Below, one piece after another: positions 17,726-27,942 of a stretch of DNA of 32,000 bases. Made by a program: the position numbers and the translations under genes. Numbering within the stretch: position 1 is the stretch's first letter; each line of letters begins with the position of its first letter. The DNA is from Candidatus Arthromitus sp. SFB-rat-Yit (GTDB taxonomy: Bacteria; Bacillota; Clostridia; Clostridiales; Clostridiaceae): assembly GCF_000283555.1 (NCBI RefSeq), contig NC_016012.1, positions 1,200,001-1,232,000 of the forward strand. Direction: 5' to 3'. The notes beneath the pieces are model-generated. The model did no database searches and was not told where the DNA came from. It saw only the letters and a program-made list of their open reading frames with translations.

Positions 17726-19591
17726 TTAGTACAAATAATCTAAAGTAGGTATTTCTTCGCTTAAAATTTCTCCAGTTGTACTATCATAAATAGCTTTGAG
17801 CTTAAAATAATTCTCACGTATTATAAACGCCTCATACTCACTGTAAGAATTATCTAATCCCTCATAAGCTGCTTCAATATTTGAAAATGCTCTCTGTATA
17901 TTTTTCTCTATATTTGTATAATAAGCTCCTGCATTATTTAAATTTAAAATATCTTCTGGATTAAGCTCATAAGCTCTTCTTATACTATCTATACCAGGAC
18001 CTTCTTCTCCCATATTCAAAAGAAGCAATCCATATGTTCTAACATAAATAGAATCCTCTTTTAGAGCTATCGCTTCCATTAATTTTTGTTTAGCCTCTTC
18101 ATACTTTTTCAAATCTATATAAATTTTGGCTGCTTGATATCTAAGCCCAGACTCATATATAGAAATTTTATTTGAAAATTTAAGTATTTTAAGTGCACTT
18201 TCTATATCATTAAACTCATTTGTATATTTAAGTACAAAAATTTTATCAATATAAGTATTTAATATATCTAGTGATTTCATTTTACAATAAAAGTAATTCA
18301 TATTTACAATTTTTTTCTGTCCAATAAGTACATTAAGTAATACCTTATAACTTAAAGCAAAATCACCATTTAATTTAATGCTCTGAGTTATTTCATTTAA
18401 AGATTCATTATAGTTCTCAAGCTCTAAGTTATGCTTTGCCAAAATATAATGAACATAAAAATTCTTATCTTTTATACTCCTTAATTCATTTAAAATGACG
18501 TTGGCTTCATCTAATCTATTTGCGTTTGTAAGTATCTCGAGTCTTATCCCATTTGATAGCATATTTGTATTATATTTTTTCGAAAACTCATAAACATCTT
18601 CAAGATTTAATTGAGTCCTATACACATCTTCTATATGTATAATAGCACGAATAAATCGTATCTCTGGAGTTTCTCCAAAAGATTCTATAAAATAATTCAC
18701 AGCATTATTTGCATTATTTATATCATAATACTTGATCATATCTACAATAGATAAAACATTTATATTTTCAGGATCAATTTCAAATATCTTAACTAAAGCA
18801 TTTAAAGTATTATCAAATCTATTAAATATAACACTTAGCTTACCATAACTAATCACATCATCTATATCTAAGACATTTGATAAATCTATCCCATTATAAA
18901 TATATAGAGCATTCTCTGTATTACCTGTTAAAAGATTATATACTATCTCCTTTTCTTTAAACCTTACCTCATGTCCTAAATTCTGGGCATTTTTATCTAA
19001 AATTTCTCTTGCTTCTTCTAGGTTTTCATATAAAAATAAACTATCTAAGAACTTGTACACATTTTTTTTATACTCATCTTGATTTCTTGCAATAACACTT
19101 TGAGATAACTTATTTTTTATTAAGGAAAGCTCTTCTTTTACCTGTGAAACATTATTGATAGAAGCAAGCATCGTTACAAGTTCTAAATGACTTTCCATAG
19201 AAATTGATGAATCATTTCTATATGCACTTATAAGTTTTTGAAAATCTCCACGTATTATATAATCCAAAGAATTATTTATTATCTCTTCCTCTTCTTTCTT
19301 ACCCTCTATCTTATTTACCAAAAGTTCTATATTATTGTCAATAATACTATACGTTCCTGTAACGCTATAACTCACTACTAAAAACACTATACAACATGAA
19401 ACAACAACCATGCGTTTAAAAAATTTATTTGATGGAAGTACTTTATAATTTTTGCGTATATCCTTCTCTCTCAAATAATTAATTATCTCATAAGGTGACA
19501 TGCCCGTGAAGTCTACTTTCTTCTTTTTTCTCTTAACTATCTTATCTAAGCGTTCAAAGTAAACTTCCCTACCTTTCAAATTTTTCTTCAT
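17726..19591 (-). CDS. TPR-repeat protein with single N-terminal-proximal TM helix
   Basis: 621 aa, TM 'MVVVSCCIVFLVVSYSVTGTYSII'; TPR-like helices 'NYNESLNEITQSIKLNGDFALSYKVLLNVLIG', 'KKYEEAKQKLMEAIALKEDSIYVRTYGLLLLNMG', 'DSIRRAYELNPEDILNLNNAGAYY'. Confidence 0.8.
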   Translation of the reverse strand: MKKNLKGREVYFERLDKIVKRKKKKVDFTGMSPYEIINYLREKDIRKNYKVLPSNKFFKRMVVVSCCIVFLVVSYSVTGTYSIIDNNIELLVNKIEGKKEEEEIINNSLDYIIRGDFQKLISAYRNDSSISMESHLELVTMLASINNVSQVKEELSLIKNKLSQSVIARNQDEYKKNVYKFLDSLFLYENLEEAREILDKNAQNLGHEVRFKEKEIVYNLLTGNTENALYIYNGIDLSNVLDIDDVISYGKLSVIFNRFDNTLNALVKIFEIDPENINVLSIVDMIKYYDINNANNAVNYFIESFGETPEIRFIRAIIHIEDVYRTQLNLEDVYEFSKKYNTNMLSNGIRLEILTNANRLDEANVILNELRSIKDKNFYVHYILAKHNLELENYNESLNEITQSIKLNGDFALSYKVLLNVLIGQKKIVNMNYFYCKMKSLDILNTYIDKIFVLKYTNEFNDIESALKILKFSNKISIYESGLRYQAAKIYIDLKKYEEAKQKLMEAIALKEDSIYVRTYGLLLLNMGEEGPGIDSIRRAYELNPEDILNLNNAGAYYTNIEKNIQRAFSNIEAAYEGLDNSYSEYEAFIIRENYFKLKAIYDSTTGEILSEEIPTLDYLY

Positions 19592-19673
19592 AATTTAAAA
19601 AACCTCATTCAACTACATTTTTATTACTTAGTTTGATAATACTAAATAAAAACTAATTACAAGGGGACTTAAA

Positions 19674-20573
19674 ATGAAATTTTTAATAAAATCATTACTT
19701 ATCATCACGTTTTTAACAGGATTTTATCTTTGTACATACGAAAATATTTTTTCCGAGTCCATACATCTTTTAACATTTTATTCTCAAAACTTTAAAGATT
19801 ATATAAGTAACATTCTACTACAAAATAAAAATATTAACAACACACTAGAGGAAACAAATACAAAATCACTATTAAACGAATACTTCATAACAATCTTTAA
19901 TGAATGTCATATGAATGATAATTTTAAAGAAAACATCAATTCTTCAAACTTTAAAATTTTAAACCTAAATAATGAAAAGGTTTCAAATATAGACAATATT
20001 TCAAATTTTTCTGGAAAAAACTTTTGCGTTTTAAATTCCCCTGAGGATTATGAAAATATTGAAAATTTTAAGATAAACAATCAAACTTATAAGCTATTTA
20101 ATTACGATAATTATTCAATTTCCTATATTAATCCAAAACTTTTAACAAATAAAGACTTATTAGATCTCTACAAATATTTAAGCGTATTTGAAAAAAATTT
20201 TTATACATCTGTTATCTTCTTAAATAAAAATGATGCAAAAGAAAAACTCATCTCTCAAATATTAAATAAATATAGAATAATTATAACTCTTGGAGATGAA
20301 TTTGTAGTTAAAGATTTTAAAAACTTTCCATTAATAACGCTCGGCAAATTAAACGATGTAAATCTCTTATATCAGATAAACCTCTTTATTTCGGATTATG
20401 CTATTAAAAAAATAAAAATAAAATTATTTCCAACAAACGAGCACGGAATAACTCTTTCCCATGAAAAAATACAAGAAGTTTTAAATAATTTAATAGAAAA
20501 TTCTGAATTAAAATTCCATATGAGCGAAAATGGTGACTATATTTATAGTGAATATGATATACTTAAGAAATAA
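19674..20573 (+). CDS. Hypothetical secreted/membrane-anchored protein
   Basis: 299 aa with N-terminal hydrophobic 'FLIKSLLIITFLTGFYLCTY'; AAGGGGA RBS; directly upstream of murT. Confidence 0.6.
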   Translation: MKFLIKSLLIITFLTGFYLCTYENIFSESIHLLTFYSQNFKDYISNILLQNKNINNTLEETNTKSLLNEYFITIFNECHMNDNFKENINSSNFKILNLNNEKVSNIDNISNFSGKNFCVLNSPEDYENIENFKINNQTYKLFNYDNYSISYINPKLLTNKDLLDLYKYLSVFEKNFYTSVIFLNKNDAKEKLISQILNKYRIIITLGDEFVVKDFKNFPLITLGKLNDVNLLYQINLFISDYAIKKIKIKLFPTNEHGITLSHEKIQEVLNNLIENSELKFHMSENGDYIYSEYDILKK

Positions 20574-20602
20574 TTAATAAAAATTTTAGAGGTTAGAGTA
20601 AA

Positions 20603-21943
20603 ATGAAAAAAATACTATCAATTATAATAACAAAAATAGCTATTATAATTTTAAAATTAATGAAAAAAGGAAGCTCATTCCCCGGCAAAATCGCTCTAAA
20701 AATTTGTCCAGATATATTAAAACACGTATCTAAAAATGTAGATACAATTTTAATCACAGGAACAAATGGAAAAACAACAACAACTGCTCTAACAAATCAC
20801 ATATTTAACAATGCATTTATTAATTGTTTTTCAAATTCTACAGGGGCAAATATGTTACCTGGAATAGTCTCAACTTACATAAAAAACTATAGTTTATTTA
20901 ATAAAAAAATTTCCAAGACAGCCTTAATAGAAGTAGACGAAGCAAGTTTAAAACACATATGCAAATTCATAGAACCAAAAATAATTGCTGTTACAAATAT
21001 TTTTCGGGATCAACTAGATCGTTATGGTGAAGTATATACAACTCTAAACCATATAAAAGAAGGAATAAAGTTATGCAATAACTCAAAACTCATATTAAAT
21101 GGAGATGAACCTCTTTTATGTTCTCTTAAAAAAGTATATAACAGCAAATATTATTTTGGATTTGATAATTATAAAGACACTTCACATGACAAAAATTTAA
21201 ACGTGGAGGCTATCAACTGTAAGTTTTGCGGATCACCATATGAATATAAATTTGTAACTTATAATCATTTAGGAGATTTTAAATGTAGTAAATGTGATTT
21301 TAAAAGAGAGCAACTTGATTTTTCTATTGCAGATGTTTTAGAAAGCAATATAAATGAAAGCATTATAAAAATCAAGAATAATATACTCACAATAAACCAA
21401 GGAGGAATTTACAATATATATAACACTCTTTGTGCGTATGCAATAAGTTCTGTTTGTAGCATACCTGATTATATTATTGTCGATTCCATAAAGACATTCT
21501 CAAATGTATTCGGTCGTCAAGAAACTTTCAAGATTAAAAATAAAAACATAACTATGTTTCTTGTAAAAAATCCTGCAGGATTCAACGAAACATTAAACAC
21601 TATAAATTTAGATAAACAAAATGAATTATCCCTTGGATTTTTGTTAAATGATAACTTCGCAGATGGTCAAGATATATCTTGGATATATGATGTAGACATC
21701 GAGATGATAAACGATTTTAAATTAAAAGATGTGTTTACAGGTGGAATTCGAACGCATGACATGGCACTTAGGCTAAAACTTGGAGAAGTTCAAAACATAA
21801 ATGTATTTGAAAAGTATGAAGAAATTTTGGAAAACTTAGAAAGCAAAGAAAACGAAACCATTTATATTCTTTGTAGTTATACTTGTATGCTTGAGTTTAG
21901 AAGATTTTTGTATGGAAAAAAGTACATAAATTCAATTTGGTAA
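20603..21943 (+). CDS. murT: Lipid II isoglutaminyl synthase (glutamine-hydrolysing), MurT subunit
   Basis: Mur-ligase P-loop 'ILITGTNGKTTTTALTNHIF', 'SNSTGANM', Cys4 insert 'CKFCGSPYEYKF...FKCSKCDF', C-terminal MurT/DUF1727 region 'FLVKNPAGFNETLNTI'; gatD follows. Confidence 0.94.
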   Translation: MKKILSIIITKIAIIILKLMKKGSSFPGKIALKICPDILKHVSKNVDTILITGTNGKTTTTALTNHIFNNAFINCFSNSTGANMLPGIVSTYIKNYSLFNKKISKTALIEVDEASLKHICKFIEPKIIAVTNIFRDQLDRYGEVYTTLNHIKEGIKLCNNSKLILNGDEPLLCSLKKVYNSKYYFGFDNYKDTSHDKNLNVEAINCKFCGSPYEYKFVTYNHLGDFKCSKCDFKREQLDFSIADVLESNINESIIKIKNNILTINQGGIYNIYNTLCAYAISSVCSIPDYIIVDSIKTFSNVFGRQETFKIKNKNITMFLVKNPAGFNETLNTINLDKQNELSLGFLLNDNFADGQDISWIYDVDIEMINDFKLKDVFTGGIRTHDMALRLKLGEVQNINVFEKYEEILENLESKENETIYILCSYTCMLEFRRFLYGKKYINSIW

Positions 21944-21960
21944 ATTAGGAGAGTTTTAAT

Positions 21961-22686
21961 ATGGAAATAACAATACATCATTTCTACCCCAATTTATTAA
22001 ATACATATGGTGATATTGGAAATATCTTAGCCTTAAAGAAAAGATGTAAAGATAGAAATATAGATGTTAATATAAATAACATCAAAATAGGAGATGATAT
22101 TTCTTTAAATATCGGAGATATAGTATTTATTGGTGGTGGACAAGATTTTGAACAATCTCTCGTTGTAGATGATTTATTATCGAAAAAGGAAATATTGAAA
22201 AATTTTATAGAAGATAATGGATGCGTGCTTGCTATATGCGGTGGGTATCAACTTCTTGGAAAGAGTTATACAACTCAAAATGGAGATATCATAGAAGGAC
22301 TTGATATATTAAATATTTACACAGTTGCCTCTGAAGTTCGCAAAACAGGTAATATCATAATAAAAAACGAGGAAACTGGGGAAACTTATGTAGGATTTGA
22401 GAATCATTCAGGAAACACATATATAAATGATCACACCCCACTTGGAAAATGCTTAATTGGTTTTGGAAACAATGGAGAAGATTCCTATGAAGGAGTTACA
22501 TATAAAAATACAATATGTACATATATGCACGGTCCACTTCTTCCAAAAAATAGAGAACTAACAGATAGATTAATATCAAATTGTTTAAAATTAAAATATG
22601 AAGATTTCATAGAACTAGATGACATTGACTCTACATATGAAGATAATTGCAAAAATTCTTTATTAAATAGATTTGACATAAAATAA
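21961..22686 (+). CDS. gatD: Lipid II isoglutaminyl synthase, glutamine amidotransferase subunit GatD
   Basis: 'LLNTYGDIGNILAL', 'FIGGGQDFEQ', nucleophile 'CVLAICGGYQLLGKSY', 'YMHGPLLPKN'; adjacent to murT. Confidence 0.94.
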   Translation: MEITIHHFYPNLLNTYGDIGNILALKKRCKDRNIDVNINNIKIGDDISLNIGDIVFIGGGQDFEQSLVVDDLLSKKEILKNFIEDNGCVLAICGGYQLLGKSYTTQNGDIIEGLDILNIYTVASEVRKTGNIIIKNEETGETYVGFENHSGNTYINDHTPLGKCLIGFGNNGEDSYEGVTYKNTICTYMHGPLLPKNRELTDRLISNCLKLKYEDFIELDDIDSTYEDNCKNSLLNRFDIK

Positions 22687-22725
22687 TTTAAACTTAAAAA
22701 TTTTAATATATTTGGAGTAATTTTC

Positions 22726-23973
22726 ATGAGAAGACTTAAGAGGAAATTTTTTATATTTATATTTACTATTTTTACAACAATTTTATATACAACAAATATT
22801 TCTCTAGCTACAACGCCCTATACTTACAAAATAACGCTCGAAGAAGATATACAGTTTGTACACGAAACAATAATAGACTACGATGGTAATGGAAACAATC
22901 AAGAAATAAATTACATCGAATTTGACTTAAACAACAAAAACATTTCATTATCACTTATTAAAGCAAATAACTTAACGGCATCAAAGGAAACTTTATTAAA
23001 CCAATTAAATGCTTCTGAAAGTATAACAGGTAAAAACATAATAGGAGGGATCAACGGAGATTTTTTTCAAATTTCAAATGGTCAACCACTTTTTACAACA
23101 ATATCAAATGGTGAAATATTCTCTATAACAGGCGATCCTTCTGATTATTTAAAAAGACCTGTATTTTATATAGACAAATCTGGTAACTACGATTTTGATT
23201 ATTTATATATAAATGGAACGCTTAAATTTCCAAAAAGTTCGTTTAAAAATTTAACTATAGACTCTATAAACAGGCTTGATTCATACAAACATACGAACAT
23301 ATCAAATTACAAAATTAATGAAGAGTCAACATACTACCCACATGAAGGCATACCTTCTAGATATATGTTAATAGAGCTTTTTAACAGTGATGGAAGTATC
23401 ATTGCTGGAACAACAATATATGGAAAAGTAATTGATGTGGGGGAAATGAATGAACCTAAAGAAATTAGAAAGAATGAAATTTTAATTACTTCCTATGGGG
23501 ATGATAATTATTATGATATAAATTACACATTTTTAAATGAAATTGTTTCCTTAAATTTTGATATTTACTCTACTAATCAAGGTAAATTTAAAAATGATAT
23601 TGTAAGTGCCTTCACGGGACACGAATATTTAATATTATCCGGAGAAGAAATGAACATTAATTATTATAAAACCCTAGGTGATACGGCTTTTATTTCAGGG
23701 CGTCACGCAAGGACAGCTTTAGGCATAACAGATGATAATAAACTAATATTATTTACAGTTGACAAATCAAATAATAGTGCAGGCATGACACTTTCTGAGC
23801 TAGCAAGATATTTAAAATATCTTCACGTAACTTCTGCGATAAACTTAGATGGTGGAGGATCAACCTCAATAGTACTTGAAAATAATACATATGATTTAAA
23901 CTTAATGAACGATCAAACAAAATATCAAAGAGAAATAACAGATGGAATTGGAATAATAATAAATAAGGCGTAG
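22726..23973 (+). CDS. Secreted phosphodiester glycosidase family protein (NAGPA/DUF2233-like)
   Basis: Signal segment 'FFIFIFTIFTTILYTTNISLA'; 'IGGINGDFFQISNGQP', 'RHARTALGITDDNKLILFTVD', 'VTSAINLDGGGSTSIVLEN'. Confidence 0.87.
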   Translation: MRRLKRKFFIFIFTIFTTILYTTNISLATTPYTYKITLEEDIQFVHETIIDYDGNGNNQEINYIEFDLNNKNISLSLIKANNLTASKETLLNQLNASESITGKNIIGGINGDFFQISNGQPLFTTISNGEIFSITGDPSDYLKRPVFYIDKSGNYDFDYLYINGTLKFPKSSFKNLTIDSINRLDSYKHTNISNYKINEESTYYPHEGIPSRYMLIELFNSDGSIIAGTTIYGKVIDVGEMNEPKEIRKNEILITSYGDDNYYDINYTFLNEIVSLNFDIYSTNQGKFKNDIVSAFTGHEYLILSGEEMNINYYKTLGDTAFISGRHARTALGITDDNKLILFTVDKSNNSAGMTLSELARYLKYLHVTSAINLDGGGSTSIVLENNTYDLNLMNDQTKYQREITDGIGIIINKA

Positions 23974-23996
23974 ATTTAATATCTACGCCTTTTATT
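23965..23996. terminator. Terminator shared by the phosphodiester glycosidase gene and, possibly, the convergent 1065-aa gene
   Basis: AAGGCGTAGAT-TTAAT-ATCTACGCCTTTT; the TAG stop of the + gene (23971-23973) is in the stem. Confidence 0.85.
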
Positions 23997-24039
23997 ATTT
24001 TCGGTAAATCACATGTGTTAGATAAACTTTTTCAAAATT

Positions 24040-27000
24040 CTACCATTCAAAATTTATTTTTTGAGCTAAATTTTTAAGTTCAGTTTCATTAACCATTCTA
24101 TCAGCTATAGCTTGAAGAGTTGCAGTAGCTGATCCATAAACTGCTAATAATTTTTTATATTCTTCAACCCAGAATGCTTTTCCTTGAGTATCAGAATCTC
24201 TATTAACTATAGCATTATATAATGCTTCTACTTTAGTTTCAGCAGTTGTATATATTTTCTCAAATTCTCTCTCATTTATCATATTCAACAAGAATGCTCT
24301 TAGAGAAACTCTCTTATTGCTTAAGTTGTCTAAATGGAACATATATCCATTTTCATCAGCTGGCCTATTAAATACTACATTATAAACGTTAGCTAAATAG
24401 CTTTGTCCTTCATTTGTAGCGTTAATTTTTACATTTTTAAGGAATAAAGTTCTAGTTCTGTTATTTCTATCATTGTAATTAATACTTATCTCAACGTAAT
24501 CTTTTCCTGGAACTAGTCCATCAACAACTACTCTTCCATTCTCAAATCTAACTTTAACATTTGAGTATTGGTCATTAGTTTCAGTTACAGTTTTACCATC
24601 TTTATCTTTATATTTAAATCCAGCAATTGAAGGATTTGAATTGCTTTCGTGATGGTAAGTTCCTGAAGGTAGAGTCACACTTATTGAATTTGAACCTGTA
24701 GTTGAGTTAGTTCCTGTTACATTTACTGTAGTAGAAGAAGTTGATGAAGAACTACCTGAAGAACCGCCAGATATTGTTCCACTATTTGATGAAGTTGGCT
24801 TAGTTGTAACTGTTAAAACATTAGATTCAATCGTATCATTATTTAGTGGATCATTTGTTTCATTATAAGTATAAACTGCTACAAATTCATACTTTGTATT
24901 AGCCTTTAATCCAGAAACAACCTTAGTTATTACACCATCTTTTATATCTTGTGGAATAGCTAAATCAAGTTCTTTATATGGATTATTAGTTCCAGCTTCC
25001 CTATAACTAATATAAGCTGCTTTTACACCAGTTGTAGCATTTCCAAAGAAATCAGCATCAATTTCTAAAGTAACTGAAGATGATGTTGTACCATATTCAT
25101 CAATGTATATTGTTATAGGCTGATTGCTTACAATTACTCCAGCACTATAAGTTCCTTGATATTTTCCTGTACCCACAACATTATTAATTGCATGACTTCC
25201 CTCTTTAAATTGATCAAAAGTAACTCTATCACTAGTAATAGTATCTACAGTAACTTTACCACCAGTAGGCACAGTAGTTCCAAAACTTGCATCAACTTTA
25301 AACTGATCAGTTATATTTTCCATTCCTTGGTTTGTAGCCTTAACACTTGTTAAATTAACTGATTCAACAGCTCCGCCAGTCAAATCTACTTCTCCTGTCG
25401 CAGTTTTATCTCCTATTTTAAGAGTCCAATCAGCATCATTATTATTTGGAACTTGTCCATTAAACTGAACATCGAACACTAAATCTTTACCATTACTCTT
25501 TGTACTATTAACTGTAGCCTTACCACCATCAACTGTTAACAATGCTTTAGTATAATCTGCTGAACCAACAAATTTAGTCAACAACTCAGTACCACCAGGT
25601 ATTGTAATTTGTCCTTCAGAAGAACTAGTCTTAACAAAGCTAGCTTGTACAGCAGCACCATCAATCTTATCAGTTGAAATTATTAATGATGTTTTAACAG
25701 TACTTGCTAATCCTGGAGTAAACTCTGATTTTACCTGAGTTGCACCAGCGTCTAATGATTGATTTCCACTTTCAACTTTTGCTTTATCATCAGTATCATT
25801 ATACTCAAATATAACTGGTATAGCTTGATATCCATGTTTAAAACTATCTACATTTAATTTAACTTGAGCATTTACATCTATCCCAATAAAGTCCGTTTTT
25901 CCATTTTGGATATCTACATAAGCATAAGTAGTAGTACCACCACCTGGAACACTAGTTGTTGCTGCAACTGTTACCCCACTAAATGCATCAAAATATACTG
26001 CACTACCATGTCCATCTATATTAAACGAATGTTTACCTATCAACGCAGTAGCACTCGTAGTAGCATTACCCCCTGCTTGAGGAGCTACAAATCCATAACT
26101 TGCCTCAGGTGTAGGAACAAAATTATCTTCAAGAGCTGTAGCATCATTAGCCAGTTTTGCAGATTCTACAGTAACTGTAACCTCTTTACCTGTTGTAGGA
26201 TCTATCTTTAATTTTGCTCCCCCAACTTTAGCTGTGTTACCTGTAGTTTCTTCCATAACTGTTTGTACATACGTCAACAATGGAGCACTTCCAAGTTGTA
26301 TTCCATAACTAGACTTATCTTTTTCATGAGTTGGAAGCGTTGGTGCAGTGGCTTCACCAAAATCAGTTTTTATAGTATCTGCTAAAGTTCCCATATTAGT
26401 TGAATCATTAGTAGCAGTAACTCCTTTAATTGAAGAATTTTGATCTTCAAATAAAATAATATCTGAAGTTAAAGTATACTGACCGTTTCCATAAGTAACA
26501 TCTACTTTTATTGTATCATTTAAATCCAAGTTTCCGTTTTTACCTAACTTTAATAAGCTTACTGTATAATTTCCAGTAGTAGTATCTTTAGTAAGATCAA
26601 ATCCTTTTGTCGCATCTGTTCCTATATAAGCAGTAACTTTCTCTGGATTAAAAGTAGTAATATCTTTTGAGCCATTATTAAATTTAAGATTCTTCACTAC
26701 AAGCTGTCCTGTAGTTATATCAGTATCAAAACTTATAGTATCGCTTGGTTTCTTAACTAAACTTAAAGTATACTTTTCTGTACTATTATCTTTATAAGTT
26801 ACAGTAACATCTCCAGTATAAATTCCTGGGTCAGTCATTCCACTTACAGTTAATTTTTTTGTAGTACTATCCCAAGCTCCAGTAGCACCATTTCCGTTAG
26901 TCTCGATATTTACTCTTTCATCAAAAATTTTATGAGCAAATGTACCAGCGTCAATCTTATTTACATTATTAAAATCTAAATTCTTAAACGTAACTTCTGC

Positions 27001-27201
27001 GTTACCATTTGTAGTAACCTCAACAGATGTTTCTAAGTATTTTATTTGCAAAGCATCTAACTTAGCTGCTAAATCTGCACTCAATCTTGAATCTTGAGCG
27101 TGTGCTATTACTGCTTGTCTACCTACTGTTCCAACAGTAACCATTAAAGAATTTATTCCAAGTGCTGCTGCTAAAGCAAGCGCTACTCTTTTTTTATTCA
27201 T
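24040..27201 (-). CDS. Large secreted surface protein with C-terminal DUF4214-like module
   Basis: Signal peptide 'MNKKRVALALAAALGINSLMVTVGTVGRQAVIAHA'; Thr/Ser/Gly-rich beta-domain sequence, FN3-like 'GLKANTKYEFVAVYTYN', low-complexity linker 'SGGSSGSSSSTSSTTVNVTGTNSTTGS', C-terminal 'VFNRPADENGYMFHLDNLSNKRVSLRAFLLNMINEREF...AIVNRDSDTQGKAFWVEEYKK'. The track start is 27237; ATG at 27201 has a GGAGG RBS. Confidence 0.9.
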   Translation of the reverse strand: MNKKRVALALAAALGINSLMVTVGTVGRQAVIAHAQDSRLSADLAAKLDALQIKYLETSVEVTTNGNAEVTFKNLDFNNVNKIDAGTFAHKIFDERVNIETNGNGATGAWDSTTKKLTVSGMTDPGIYTGDVTVTYKDNSTEKYTLSLVKKPSDTISFDTDITTGQLVVKNLKFNNGSKDITTFNPEKVTAYIGTDATKGFDLTKDTTTGNYTVSLLKLGKNGNLDLNDTIKVDVTYGNGQYTLTSDIILFEDQNSSIKGVTATNDSTNMGTLADTIKTDFGEATAPTLPTHEKDKSSYGIQLGSAPLLTYVQTVMEETTGNTAKVGGAKLKIDPTTGKEVTVTVESAKLANDATALEDNFVPTPEASYGFVAPQAGGNATTSATALIGKHSFNIDGHGSAVYFDAFSGVTVAATTSVPGGGTTTYAYVDIQNGKTDFIGIDVNAQVKLNVDSFKHGYQAIPVIFEYNDTDDKAKVESGNQSLDAGATQVKSEFTPGLASTVKTSLIISTDKIDGAAVQASFVKTSSSEGQITIPGGTELLTKFVGSADYTKALLTVDGGKATVNSTKSNGKDLVFDVQFNGQVPNNNDADWTLKIGDKTATGEVDLTGGAVESVNLTSVKATNQGMENITDQFKVDASFGTTVPTGGKVTVDTITSDRVTFDQFKEGSHAINNVVGTGKYQGTYSAGVIVSNQPITIYIDEYGTTSSSVTLEIDADFFGNATTGVKAAYISYREAGTNNPYKELDLAIPQDIKDGVITKVVSGLKANTKYEFVAVYTYNETNDPLNNDTIESNVLTVTTKPTSSNSGTISGGSSGSSSSTSSTTVNVTGTNSTTGSNSISVTLPSGTYHHESNSNPSIAGFKYKDKDGKTVTETNDQYSNVKVRFENGRVVVDGLVPGKDYVEISINYNDRNNRTRTLFLKNVKINATNEGQSYLANVYNVVFNRPADENGYMFHLDNLSNKRVSLRAFLLNMINEREFEKIYTTAETKVEALYNAIVNRDSDTQGKAFWVEEYKKLLAVYGSATATLQAIADRMVNETELKNLAQKINFEW

Positions 27202-27942
27202 ATTATTTTTTTGCCTCCATTTTTTATTTGAAATCAATATTTTCTTATTCTTATGTAAATATTAACTATGCAAGTTGTTCCATAGAAGTTCCAAATCCTT
27301 TTTACAAATCATCTTCATACTTCCAAATCCCCAACTAAAAGTTATATTTTATCATCTATCTACTCATTTGTTAGACTCTGTTTTATCAAAATAATTATAA
27401 AAACCTATTTTTTCGCTTGATTATCAATTTTAATAGTTTAACATTGTTTATTGCTTGTCCATTTACTAAACCTAGCAATGATACACTACCATGTCGAAAT
27501 TCATTAAAATATCTTGAAAACAAAACTAAATAACTAAAATTTCCTATTATTAAAATAATATTTTTTTCGGTTTTATGTCAAACTTTCCAGTAAAAAGATA
27601 AAACTTCTCCTCAAAAATTTTATCTGCATTGTTATACAATATAAACTTAGAGAATTCTTTCTACATGTTCCCTCCAATTAACTCAAACATAAAGAATTGC
27701 ATTAATTTTTATAAAATAATAACAATTACATTACAATATTACTACATTTTTTATACTAAAGTCAACCTATTTTATAATTATTTTCCTAAAATATATACTT
27801 GTTTCCCTATATTTTATAGTAAAATATTTCATATTTCATAAACTATAATTGCTCATAATACCCGAAACCTTAAGTTAATTTAACTAAAATTTTATTTATA
27901 AAATCTAAAAATGTTATACCATACTAATTTTAAATAAAACAA

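Noticed and set aside
21740-21765. GGAATTCGAACGC resembling a tRNA T-loop
   Set aside because: Lies in the murT coding frame (GGIRTHD) with no acceptor or anticodon stems.
22485-22727. - strand ORF within gatD
   Set aside because: Antisense shadow ORF of a conserved gene.
25156-26211. + strand ORFs 25156..25353 and 25864..26211
   Set aside because: Opposite the 1065-aa surface protein; low-complexity Ser/Thr/Cys/Ile translation expected from reversed Thr/Gly/Asp-rich codons.
27629-27841. 70-aa + strand ORF in the large intergenic gap
   Set aside because: Extreme Phe/Tyr/Ile/Asn AT-driven composition and no RBS; more likely non-coding.
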